The position numbers and the translations under genes were made by a program. From Armatimonadota bacterium (GTDB lineage Bacteria; Armatimonadota; HRBIN16): DNA of 64,000 bases. The stretch spans positions 3,616,001 to 3,680,000 of the forward strand of contig OY781964.1 in assembly GCA_963677485.1 (NCBI GenBank). Direction: 5' to 3'. Below the pieces are notes generated by a model. It was not told where the DNA came from and made no database searches. It saw only the letters and a program-made list of their open reading frames with translations. Positions 9,635 through 18,460 of the stretch are shown here, one piece after another; the first letter of the stretch is position 1; each line of letters begins with the position of its first letter.

Positions 9635-10036
9635 ATGGAACCGCAGGTTAACTCCAAAATACTGATCATCACCACTATGATCAGTTCCTATCCTGGCGCA
9701 AACACAACAGGTCAAGCCCGGTTGCAATACTCGCCGGGCACCTCCATCATTCGTGTGCCCGACCCAGTGATGTTCCCCGAGGAGTTCTATATGCGCGCGT
9801 TTGAGAAGGGCATCGAGGGCATCATCATCATGTCTAGTGGCTCGGACTGCCCGTATGAAGGAGCCTATAAACGGCTTTCAGACCGGGTTGGGCGCCTCTA
9901 CAAACGCATGAAAGAGGCTGGGATTGACCAGTCCAGGCTGAAACTGACCACAGTCTGCACGGTATGTAAGGCCGCTTTTCTGAAAGAGATCGCCGAAATG
10001 CAGGCCAATATTAACAAACAACGGACGGCATCCTAA
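9635..10036 (+). CDS. MvhD/FlpD-like hydrogenase iron-sulfur subunit, atypical Cys pattern
   Basis: YPGANTTGQARLQY..IIRV..RAFEKGIEGIII..DCPY..GIDQSRL matches the MvhD scaffold. Confidence 0.75.
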   Translation: MEPQVNSKILIITTMISSYPGANTTGQARLQYSPGTSIIRVPDPVMFPEEFYMRAFEKGIEGIIIMSSGSDCPYEGAYKRLSDRVGRLYKRMKEAGIDQSRLKLTTVCTVCKAAFLKEIAEMQANINKQRTAS

Positions 10037-11350
10037 GTGGAAAATCCTATAAGCACACTCACCGAAAAACTAGTCGCAGATGCATTGGTTGTCGGCGCAG
10101 GGATTGCTGGACTGCAATCCGCACTGGACCTGGCGGACCAGGGCAAGCACGTGCTGCTGGTGGAACCCCAACCCAGCATCGGCGGACGCATGATCAACCT
10201 TAGTAAAGTGTTTCCTACGCTGGACTGCGCAAGCTGCATCACCACCCCCCGCATGGCATCCGTGTCGCACCATCCGAATATTACTCTTTTCACCTACACC
10301 GACGTCGAGCAGATCGAGAAGAACGGCAGCCGCTTCCATGCCACGATCGTGAAGAAACCCCGTTACATCAACGAGGAAGACTGCATCGCTTGCAAACAGT
10401 GCGAAGAGGCCTGTCCCACTTTCCTGCCGGATGAGTATGACCACGCGCTTGGAGCCAAGAAAGTCATCTCTATTCCATTTACTAATGCCATTCCGCAACT
10501 ACCGGTGCTGGACATGTCTGAATGCGTGCTCTGCGGGGCCTGCGCGAAGGTCTGCCCAAAAGACTGCATAGACTTCCTGCAGCAGCCAAAGCGAATTGAA
10601 GTGGATGCCGGTGTGGTGGTGATGGCGACCGGCTACAATCTGACGGAGATGAGTGCGAAGAAGCAATATGGCGGGGAGAAATACCCCAATGTCATTTCGC
10701 CCATCCAAATGGAACGCATCCTGGCACCACATGGTCCTTTCGGAGGCGTGATGCGACCTTCTGACGGCAAGATTCCTTCTTCAATCGCCTATGTGCAATG
10801 CGCGGGCTCACGTGATAAAAGTCTGGGTGTGCCGTATTGCTCACGCGTCTGCTGTATGTATGCCATCAAGCAGGCGATGCTGCTTTCCGGTTCGCTGCCC
10901 ATCGCCGACATCACCATCTATTACATGGATATCCGTGCGTTTGGGAAGGGCTACGAACAGTTCTACCAAAACGCCAAGGCCATGGGGATCGAGTTCGTTA
11001 AGGCCAAAGTCGGACGTATCACTGAAGGCGAAAACCATGATTCTGTGCTGCGCATAGAGCGTCAGGAGGATGGCTCCAAACCGGAGGAAGTCACGCACGA
11101 CCTGGTGGTGCTCTCTCTGGGAATGGTGCCAGCCTGGCAGCCTTCGCCGGGCGGTATGATCCCGCTGGAAGCCAGTGCTGATGGCTTTATACACAACCCA
11201 AAAGCGAAGATTAACCCCACGCTGACCAGCATGCCGGGAGTGTTTGCCGCCGGTGCCGCGACGGGACCTAAGGACATTGTCGACGCGATTGTGGACGCCA
11301 GTGCCGCCGCGGCAGAAGCAGCGAACTACCTGATGAGTATAGAGGCATAG
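10037..11350 (+). CDS. HdrA/QmoA-like FAD/Fe-S protein
   Basis: GAGIAG, KVFPTLDCASC, two CxxCxxCxxxCP, QCAGSRD..YCSRVCCMYAIK. Confidence 0.9.
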   Translation: MENPISTLTEKLVADALVVGAGIAGLQSALDLADQGKHVLLVEPQPSIGGRMINLSKVFPTLDCASCITTPRMASVSHHPNITLFTYTDVEQIEKNGSRFHATIVKKPRYINEEDCIACKQCEEACPTFLPDEYDHALGAKKVISIPFTNAIPQLPVLDMSECVLCGACAKVCPKDCIDFLQQPKRIEVDAGVVVMATGYNLTEMSAKKQYGGEKYPNVISPIQMERILAPHGPFGGVMRPSDGKIPSSIAYVQCAGSRDKSLGVPYCSRVCCMYAIKQAMLLSGSLPIADITIYYMDIRAFGKGYEQFYQNAKAMGIEFVKAKVGRITEGENHDSVLRIERQEDGSKPEEVTHDLVVLSLGMVPAWQPSPGGMIPLEASADGFIHNPKAKINPTLTSMPGVFAAGAATGPKDIVDAIVDASAAAAEAANYLMSIEA

Positions 11351-11354
11351 TGAT

Positions 11355-13145
11355 ATGACACAATCTGAACAAACAACACCAGGCACACCGCCCTTCGATG
11401 ATATCCGCGTTGGCGTGTATGTATGCCACTGCGGCGGCAACATCTCCGATGTCGTGGACACCAAAGCGGTGGCAGAGGCGGTCGGACAAGACCCCAACGT
11501 GAAGATCGCACGCGACTATGTTTTCATGTGCTCCGACCCGGGCCAGCAGCTCATCATTGACGACATCATCGCGAACAACATCAACCGCGTGGTGGTCGCT
11601 GCCTGCTCACCGTCGCTTCATGAGCTCACGTTCCGTAATGCACTCATACGTGCCGGTCTGAATCCCTACTTTTATGAGCACGTCAACATCCGAGAACAGG
11701 TCAGCTGGGTTCATAAGGGTGACCATGGCGGGGCGACCGCCAAAGCCATCCGCCTCACTGCTGCCGGTGTCGCGAAGATTGTGCGGCAGGACGCCTTGGA
11801 GCCGATAGAAGTTGATGCCAACGGCCATGTGCTAGTGATAGGGGCTGGCGTCGCAGGACTACGCGCTGCGCTCACCCTGGCACAACGCGGTTTGGGTGTG
11901 ACCGTGGTGGAGAAAAATACCGCCGCAGGCGGACGAATGGCCGAGTTGGACACGGTATATCCCACCGCGGAGAAGGCCTCCGAGCTGCTGGCTGAGCTCA
12001 CCGACGCGGTGACTCACAACCCCAAGATTGAACTGCTGACGAGTACCGAGGTCACCGCCATTGACGGCTTTGTGGGTAACTTCAAAATCGCACTCAGCTC
12101 TCAGACGGAGATACTGGCCGGTTCGATTATCATCGCCACAGGCTTTGACCACTACCAGCCCTATGATGGTGAATTTGGCTACCACACCTCCCCCGAGGTG
12201 GTGACGCTGCCAGAGTTCAACCAAATTCTTCGCCAACACACCTCCAGTGGCAGCCAACTCAAGCATAATGGCCGCGCAATTCATGACATCGCCTTCATCC
12301 ATTGCGTGGGAAGCCGCCAAGTGGAGGGTGTTCATCAGCCACAACCTGACGGTAAAGTCAATGACTATTGCTCACGAGTGTGCTGCACATCAACGCTGCA
12401 TACCATCGAGCAGACGCTAGACCGCTACCCTGATGTCAACATTTACGATCTCTACAAAGACATCCGCACCTACGGACGAGGCCATGAAGAATACTACGAA
12501 AATGCCTCCAAGAAGGGCGTGCTCTTCTTCAGATATAACGACGACGGTCTTCCGCAGTTTGAACCGGGACTCAACGGGAAACAGGCTAGCTTGAAGGTCA
12601 CCGACTGGCTGACCTGGGGAGAGGAGGTCACGATCCCCGTGGATATGGTCGTTCTTGCCACAGGTATGATGCCCAGAGACATTTCAAGCATCGTGTCCAT
12701 GTTGAAACTGCCGATTGGTGCTGACCGCTTCCTGCAGGAGGTGCATCCCAAGCTTCGGCCTGTGGAGCTGGCCAACAACGGCGTGATGATCGCGGGCACA
12801 TGCCAGGGGCCCATGGACATCAACGAGGCCTGTGTGGCAGCGGGAGCCGCCGCCAGCAAGGCGTCCATCCTGCTCTCTAAACCGATCATCGAGATTGACC
12901 CCTTCGTAGCGCGTGTCGATATTGATAAGTGCGACGGCTGCCAGCTTTGCCTGGCGGAGTGTGAGTACCGAGGTGCCCTGACCATGGTGGGTGATAAGGC
13001 TTCGGTTAACCCCGCCATCTGCGTGGGTTGCGGAGCGTGTGTGGCGGTCTGCCCGCCTCGCGCTATCAACATCGCTGGATGGACACTGGAGCAGTTTGAT
13101 GCTATGATCGACGCCATCACCACCGAGGAGGTGCCTCATGCCTGA
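11355..13145 (+). CDS. Second HdrA/QmoB-like FAD/Fe-S protein
   Basis: VYVCHCGGNI..FMCS..AACSP N-domain, GAGVAG, HCVGSR..YCSRVCC, C-terminal ferredoxin. Confidence 0.9.
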   Translation: MTQSEQTTPGTPPFDDIRVGVYVCHCGGNISDVVDTKAVAEAVGQDPNVKIARDYVFMCSDPGQQLIIDDIIANNINRVVVAACSPSLHELTFRNALIRAGLNPYFYEHVNIREQVSWVHKGDHGGATAKAIRLTAAGVAKIVRQDALEPIEVDANGHVLVIGAGVAGLRAALTLAQRGLGVTVVEKNTAAGGRMAELDTVYPTAEKASELLAELTDAVTHNPKIELLTSTEVTAIDGFVGNFKIALSSQTEILAGSIIIATGFDHYQPYDGEFGYHTSPEVVTLPEFNQILRQHTSSGSQLKHNGRAIHDIAFIHCVGSRQVEGVHQPQPDGKVNDYCSRVCCTSTLHTIEQTLDRYPDVNIYDLYKDIRTYGRGHEEYYENASKKGVLFFRYNDDGLPQFEPGLNGKQASLKVTDWLTWGEEVTIPVDMVVLATGMMPRDISSIVSMLKLPIGADRFLQEVHPKLRPVELANNGVMIAGTCQGPMDINEACVAAGAAASKASILLSKPIIEIDPFVARVDIDKCDGCQLCLAECEYRGALTMVGDKASVNPAICVGCGACVAVCPPRAINIAGWTLEQFDAMIDAITTEEVPHA

Positions 13146-13422
13146 CAACACACCCAAAGCCTATCTGCAGCAGCTTAAGCAGCTCAGGGCTGCGCGTGGT
13201 CCTTTGCCGAAAGAGATGGTAGAGCGGGGCAAAAGCCAGATTACCATGCAAAAGGCCATTCTAGCGGCGATCGAGACGGAAGCAAAAACCGTGCCCGAGA
13301 TCGCGGAGATCACCGGTATAGCCACCCAGGACGTGTTCTGGTGGGTCACCGCGATGCGCAAATATAACCGCGTTCAAGACGGTAAAAAGCGCGGCGAATA
13401 CGCCACGTACCTGAAGAAGTGA
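13138..13422 (+). CDS. Small winged-helix-like protein inside the redox operon
   Basis: KAILAAI..KTVPEIAEITGI..VFWWVTAMRKY; overlaps upstream stop; GAGGAGG RBS. Confidence 0.65.
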   Translation: MPDNTPKAYLQQLKQLRAARGPLPKEMVERGKSQITMQKAILAAIETEAKTVPEIAEITGIATQDVFWWVTAMRKYNRVQDGKKRGEYATYLKK

Positions 13423-13432
13423 GAGGCCAGGC

Positions 13433-14563
13433 ATGAGTGTTACCATCAACCCAAAACTAATCAAAGATATCAAGAAGTATGGTGCGTTTGATATCAGTGC
13501 CTGCTTCAATTGCGGCAACTGCACAGCGGTCTGCCCATTATCTGACGAGCATGGGAATTTCCCCCGCAAGCTGATACGGCTGGGACAGATCGGCAGCAGA
13601 GACCGGATCCTGTCCAGTCCTGAGCCCTGGCTCTGTTACTACTGCGGCGAATGCTCCGATACCTGCCCGCGTCAGGCCGAGCCCGGCGAGTACATGGCCG
13701 CTCTGCGCCGTTACACCATCGCTGCCAGTGAACCAACCGGGATCGCAAAGCTGATGTACCAAAGCGGCATCATGGCGATACTCGTCACGCTGCTTGTCGG
13801 CATCGTGTTCGGGGCCTTCATGCTGTCGGTCAAAATGGGGGAGAACCCGGCGCACTGGCTGTTTTCTCCCATCTCCTACGAGTTCATACACGTGTTTGGT
13901 ATCATCGTGTCCATCGTCACTTTACTCACCATACTTGGTGGGGTTTCCAATGTGTGGCGGCGCATCATGAACGGTGCTGAGATGCCGAAGACTAACGGCC
14001 CCCAGTGGGTCGCCGCCATTAAAAAGACCATCGTAGAAATCGCCACAATGGCCCGCCATCGCCAGACCACAGAAGAGTCGGTTCCTGGCCCCTGGTATAA
14101 ACAGTCCGCCTGGGTTCATATGGGTATCATGTATGGCTTCATAGGCCTACTGGTGGCCACCACCCTGGACTTCATCTTCCTGGTGCTGCTGCCGTTGCAC
14201 CTTACGGTGTTTTGGCCGGCACGTATCATCGGGACGGTGGCTGGTCTGGCCATGATGTGGGGCGTGAGTGCTGCCATCGGTCGACGCATGAGCAGGGCCG
14301 AGAAGAACGTCGAACACTCACGGCTGCCAGACTGGTGGGTTCTCGTCTTCCTGTTTGTGCTGGGAGTCACGGGCTTCTGGCTCGAACTCGCTGTCACATT
14401 CAAAGCTGCGGGGACCATCAATGACGCAGTGATGCTGATCCATGCCGCCATGGCGATGGAACTCGTGCTGCTGATGGCGTTCACCAAAATGGCGCACGTC
14501 ATCTATCGCCCTATCGCACTGTTTGCCTATTTCCTGAAGAAATCTACGGAGGAACCAGCATGA
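13433..14563 (+). CDS. QmoC-like protein: HdrC-type 2x[4Fe-4S] domain plus NarI-like heme-b membrane domain
   Basis: ACFNCGNCTAVCP, WLCYYCGECSDTCP, about 6 TM helices with His (HMGIMYGF, HAAMA, HVIYRP). Confidence 0.8.
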   Translation: MSVTINPKLIKDIKKYGAFDISACFNCGNCTAVCPLSDEHGNFPRKLIRLGQIGSRDRILSSPEPWLCYYCGECSDTCPRQAEPGEYMAALRRYTIAASEPTGIAKLMYQSGIMAILVTLLVGIVFGAFMLSVKMGENPAHWLFSPISYEFIHVFGIIVSIVTLLTILGGVSNVWRRIMNGAEMPKTNGPQWVAAIKKTIVEIATMARHRQTTEESVPGPWYKQSAWVHMGIMYGFIGLLVATTLDFIFLVLLPLHLTVFWPARIIGTVAGLAMMWGVSAAIGRRMSRAEKNVEHSRLPDWWVLVFLFVLGVTGFWLELAVTFKAAGTINDAVMLIHAAMAMELVLLMAFTKMAHVIYRPIALFAYFLKKSTEEPA

Positions 14564-15132
14564 GCACCGACAACGCGCTATCTATAGAACAACTTTCTGA
14601 GCAAGTGTCCAGCCTGCAATCTCAGATCGATGATATCAAGGCCATGTCCCTGCCCGAAGACAAACTATCAATGGTAGTCTTCAGCGGTGATCTCGATAAG
14701 CAGCTTGCCGCCTTCATCATCGCCACCGGAGCCAGTGCCATGTTTGAGGAGGTGGTGATGTTCTTCACCTTCTGGGGAACTGCCGCACTGCGCGACCCAA
14801 ATAAGAACAAACAGGGCAAGGACCTCATCTCACAAATGTTCGGCTGGATGCTGCCCAAAGGCGCGTCAAAGCTGAAGCTTTCGCAGATGCATATGGGCGG
14901 AATGGGCACAAATATGATGAAGGGGCTGATGAAGAAGAAGAACGTCATGTCCCTGGAGCAGCTCATCAAGACGGCGGGCGAAGCAGGTGTTCGGATCGTC
15001 GTTTGTCAGATGAGCATGGATCTGATGGGCATGTCGATCGACGAGATGGTGGACTATCCCAACTTGAAGGTCGGTGGCGTGGCCGCCTTCCTGGGCGACG
15101 CAGGTACCAGCAAGACCACGCTGTTCATTTAG
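14560..15132 (+). CDS. DsrE2 (DrsE_2)-family sulfur carrier
   Basis: VVFSGDLDK..MFFTFWG..VCQMSMDLMG. Confidence 0.85.
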   Translation: MSTDNALSIEQLSEQVSSLQSQIDDIKAMSLPEDKLSMVVFSGDLDKQLAAFIIATGASAMFEEVVMFFTFWGTAALRDPNKNKQGKDLISQMFGWMLPKGASKLKLSQMHMGGMGTNMMKGLMKKKNVMSLEQLIKTAGEAGVRIVVCQMSMDLMGMSIDEMVDYPNLKVGGVAAFLGDAGTSKTTLFI

Positions 15133-15143
15133 GTCCGGGTGAC

Positions 15144-15170
15144 GTAGGGGCATCCCCCTGTGGCTGCCCC
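15144..15170. repeat. GTAG-type REP-like palindrome
   Basis: GTAGGGGCATCCCCCTGTGGCTGCCCC; similar to 48723..48750. Confidence 0.6.
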
Positions 15171-15415
15171 TTAGTGTGATGTATCGGACGCATCAGACGA
15201 ATCGGACTAATAAGCTGCCCCTCATCCCCGAGCAGTCGATGACCTACAAATCCAGATTGGGCTCGTATCGACCATGTACCGAAATATTTATGTCGCGGAA
15301 TCGGTGACCTACTGGCCATGCGATATTTGCGGGTAATTGACTGATCCCCGAGTAAACCATACATGACCGCACTTCCCCGAAACCACGCACCAAAACAGAA
15401 TCCGCGTGATGGGCT

Positions 15416-16582
15416 CTATTCGTGACTGTTCCAGGGGAAGGTCACGGTAAATGTGGTGCCTTCGCAAAGCTGGCTTTCCACAGTGATCTCCCCGCCGTGT
15501 GCCTCCACCAGGTGATGCACGATGGCCAGACCAAGCCCTGTTCCGCCCGATGCCCGGCTTCGCGACTTATCCACACGATAGAACCGCTCGAAAATGCGTG
15601 GCAGGTGGTTGCTGCTGATGCCCAACCCATCATCGGATATCTTAATGGTGACTTGCTGAGGGGTTTCTGCGGCGGTCACCAGCACATGCCCGCCAGGATG
15701 GTTGTATTTCGCACCATTATCAATAAGGTTGATGAGGATCTGCTCTAAATAGTTGCGGTCTGCATGAACCACCAGTTTCTCCGATACCTGGTTCTCTATG
15801 GTTACATTCAATGCCTGGGCTCGTGAACTGAGCTGGTTCAGCACCTCTTCAACTATCGGACGCAATACCACAGGCGTGGGCGTGGCTACAGGATGCACTT
15901 CGGCGTTGGCCAAAGTCAGAAGGTCGTCCGTCATGTTGGCCAGCCGGATACTCTGCTGCACAATGGCTTGCAGGAATTTATCACGCATCTCCACAGGCAC
16001 ATCGGGGTTGTCCAGCAGAGCTTCGGCGTTCACCCGGACGGCGGCCAGGGGGGTTCTGAGCTCGTGTGACACATTGGCCACGAAGTCTCTACGTACCTGC
16101 TCCAAGTGGCGCACTTCGGAAAGGTCGGTGATGACCACCAGGTAGGTTGGGTCTGACATCGGGCGGTGTTCCATCAACGGGGATATCCGCACGGTGCCCA
16201 CAACCCGATTGGGGTGTGAGATCACCAGCTCAGCCTGTTGAAACTGCTGAGTCTGCACGGTGCGTTGCAGAAGCTGGTTGAGGTCGTAGCAGAGTGTTCT
16301 TGCCAACAGGGTATCGCCCATCAGCAGGGAGCCCATCATGTGGTGGGCTGACGGGTTGGCCTCCAGAATGAAGCCATCATTGCTCACAATCAGCACCGCG
16401 TCACCGATGGAGTTCAGTAACTGTTCGCGCAGCAAGTGGCTGTCTTTGAGCTCTTTGGCCACACCCTGCATCTGCAGCTCACGCAAATTCAGGTTGGACT
16501 GGATGAACTTGGTACGCACAAGCAGTGCCCAGCACAGAGTAACCAGAATGACAATACCTATGATAAGCAGGTTAGTGATCAA
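15416..16582 (-). CDS. PhoR-like PAS sensor histidine kinase
   Basis: One TM, PAS, RRDFVANVSHELRTP, RIFERFYRVDKSRSR..GGTGLGL. Confidence 0.85.
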   Translation of the reverse strand: MITNLLIIGIVILVTLCWALLVRTKFIQSNLNLRELQMQGVAKELKDSHLLREQLLNSIGDAVLIVSNDGFILEANPSAHHMMGSLLMGDTLLARTLCYDLNQLLQRTVQTQQFQQAELVISHPNRVVGTVRISPLMEHRPMSDPTYLVVITDLSEVRHLEQVRRDFVANVSHELRTPLAAVRVNAEALLDNPDVPVEMRDKFLQAIVQQSIRLANMTDDLLTLANAEVHPVATPTPVVLRPIVEEVLNQLSSRAQALNVTIENQVSEKLVVHADRNYLEQILINLIDNGAKYNHPGGHVLVTAAETPQQVTIKISDDGLGISSNHLPRIFERFYRVDKSRSRASGGTGLGLAIVHHLVEAHGGEITVESQLCEGTTFTVTFPWNSHE

Positions 16583-16585
16583 CGG

Positions 16586-17263
16586 TTAACCTCTGAATTT
16601 ATAGCCAATCCCTCGGACGGTGAGCAGATACTGAGGCTTCGGCGGATCGAGCTCGATCTTCTCGCGCAGCCATCGGATATGCACATCGACTGTTCGTTCA
16701 TCGACATAGCTCTCAGCACCCCAGACACGGTCAAGAAGGGTTTGCCTGTCGAAGACAAGACCAGGGTTCTCCATCAAAAACTTTAGCAGCTCGAACTCGC
16801 GCGGGGTGAGCTCCAGCTTTTTGCCCGCCATGGTCACCTCATGCCGCTGCGGGTCAACCGATAGCTCACCAGCACGCAGTATATCTTGTGCATTCACCGG
16901 CTGCTTGCCGGAGCGGCGCATCACGCTTTGGATGCGTGCCAGCAGCTCTCTGGTGCCAAAAGGCTTGGTGATGTAGTCATCAGCCCCCAGTGTGAGCCCG
17001 GTCACTCGGTCACTTTCGGTGCCCTTGGCCGTCAGCATGATGATGGGCACGTTGCTGGTGAGGCGTATCTGCTCGCAGAGTTCAAATCCGCTACGAGTGG
17101 GCAGCATGACATCCAATAGCAGTATGTCGGGGTTTTCGGATTCCCACAGCGCCAGGGCAGGTTCGCTGTCGCTGGCTGTAATCACCTGGTAGCCTGCACG
17201 TTCCAGGCTGAACTGCACCGCATTCAGGATGGTCTCTTCGTCATCAACTACCAGAATCTTCAA
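16586..17263 (-). CDS. PhoB/PhoP-like OmpR-family response regulator
   Basis: VVDDE, LLDVMLP, GADDYITKPF, RTVDVHIRWLREKIE, TVRGIGY. Confidence 0.88.
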   Translation of the reverse strand: MKILVVDDEETILNAVQFSLERAGYQVITASDSEPALALWESENPDILLLDVMLPTRSGFELCEQIRLTSNVPIIMLTAKGTESDRVTGLTLGADDYITKPFGTRELLARIQSVMRRSGKQPVNAQDILRAGELSVDPQRHEVTMAGKKLELTPREFELLKFLMENPGLVFDRQTLLDRVWGAESYVDERTVDVHIRWLREKIELDPPKPQYLLTVRGIGYKFRG

Positions 17264-17269
17264 AATGAC

Positions 17270-18394
17270 TTACTCCGTAATCAACTCGACATTCGCTCTG
17301 GGAAGGGTAAACTCACTGCCGTCTTCCAGCTTGACCACATAGACCCTGGCATGAGCACCAGACGGGATGGTGACCAAGTCAGCCGGCATCCCGACGACCT
17401 TGGCGATCTGTCCGAAGTTTGGTTCCCTGATGATGCGCACGCGACGGCCAAGCTCGACGCTATTCGAGGCCATTTCCGAGACTTCGGCCGTAGATGGGGC
17501 CTGAGCGCAGGGAACCACGACCTCAGGACGGATCACGCCAGCCCTGATCTGGGTGGCACCGTTGATGGAGGCTCGTTGGCCATTGAGCTTCTTGAAAAGA
17601 TCAAACGTGTGCTGCGCCATGGGGATATGTCCAAACCCTTCGGTCAGGATCAGCGTCAGTCCGACTTCCTCATCACCGGTGATTGCCACACCGATCTCGC
17701 TGCCCAGGAAAGCCGCGAGGTCAGTATCCAGCATTCCACCCACCACAATACCTGACACTCCGACGGCGACGGCGTGTTTCAATGTCTCACCGGAGATGAA
17801 TGACCCACCTATTATCACTTTGCCAGCATGGCTGGATGTGATCATCTCAGGCAGCAGCTCATCTTCAGGGGACTGGCAGACGACGGCGATCTCACCATAA
17901 CGCTCACCACCCACACCGAAGATACCCTGCACCAGCGCACCAAACGCCGAGATCACCACACCTTCCTCAGGAATCACCGTGGTGACGGTGCCGGCGATGT
18001 AGGCGTTGACCTCAAGCGGATTCGCCTCTTCACGGATGCCTAGATGCCCCGACAGTTGGGAGTATACTTCGACCGTGCCAGAGAGGGGACTTTTGACGGT
18101 GTTCCTTATTAAGCCGAAAAGGCCACGGCTTTCGGCGATCATGTCTCCCTTTTGAACATGATGACCGATTTCGATTTTGAGGAACTTCGGCACATCCTCC
18201 GGGTCCTGGCCCAATAGCTCCGCTACCTTGACTGTGTGCATAATGCCTGGGATGGCCGCCTTCGCAACGGCCATCTGTGGGGTTACCTCGTCACCAACTG
18301 AGACAAGCACCTTGCCTTTCAGCGGTAATCGGCGTGTTTTGGTGAGGAGTGTGTATCCGCTGACAGTCAGTCCAGGTGTATATGCGGTGCCCAA
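17270..18394 (-). CDS. Conserved hypothetical protein with biotinyl/lipoyl-like hairpins and C-terminal KOW-like domain
   Basis: TTG start with GGAGG; GKVLVSVGDEV, IGHHVQKGDMIA, QGIFGVGGE, TEGFG, GRRVRIIREPNFG..LPRANVEL. Confidence 0.65.
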   Translation of the reverse strand: MGTAYTPGLTVSGYTLLTKTRRLPLKGKVLVSVGDEVTPQMAVAKAAIPGIMHTVKVAELLGQDPEDVPKFLKIEIGHHVQKGDMIAESRGLFGLIRNTVKSPLSGTVEVYSQLSGHLGIREEANPLEVNAYIAGTVTTVIPEEGVVISAFGALVQGIFGVGGERYGEIAVVCQSPEDELLPEMITSSHAGKVIIGGSFISGETLKHAVAVGVSGIVVGGMLDTDLAAFLGSEIGVAITGDEEVGLTLILTEGFGHIPMAQHTFDLFKKLNGQRASINGATQIRAGVIRPEVVVPCAQAPSTAEVSEMASNSVELGRRVRIIREPNFGQIAKVVGMPADLVTIPSGAHARVYVVKLEDGSEFTLPRANVELITE

Positions 18395-18460
18395 GTTTTG
18401 CCTCCGTATACTGCGCCGTGTGTTTACGGTACAGCGTAACTGATTAGTATTATGTGTATG

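Noticed and set aside
18400-18460. PHO box upstream of the phoBR-like operon
   Set aside because: No convincing 11-bp direct repeat
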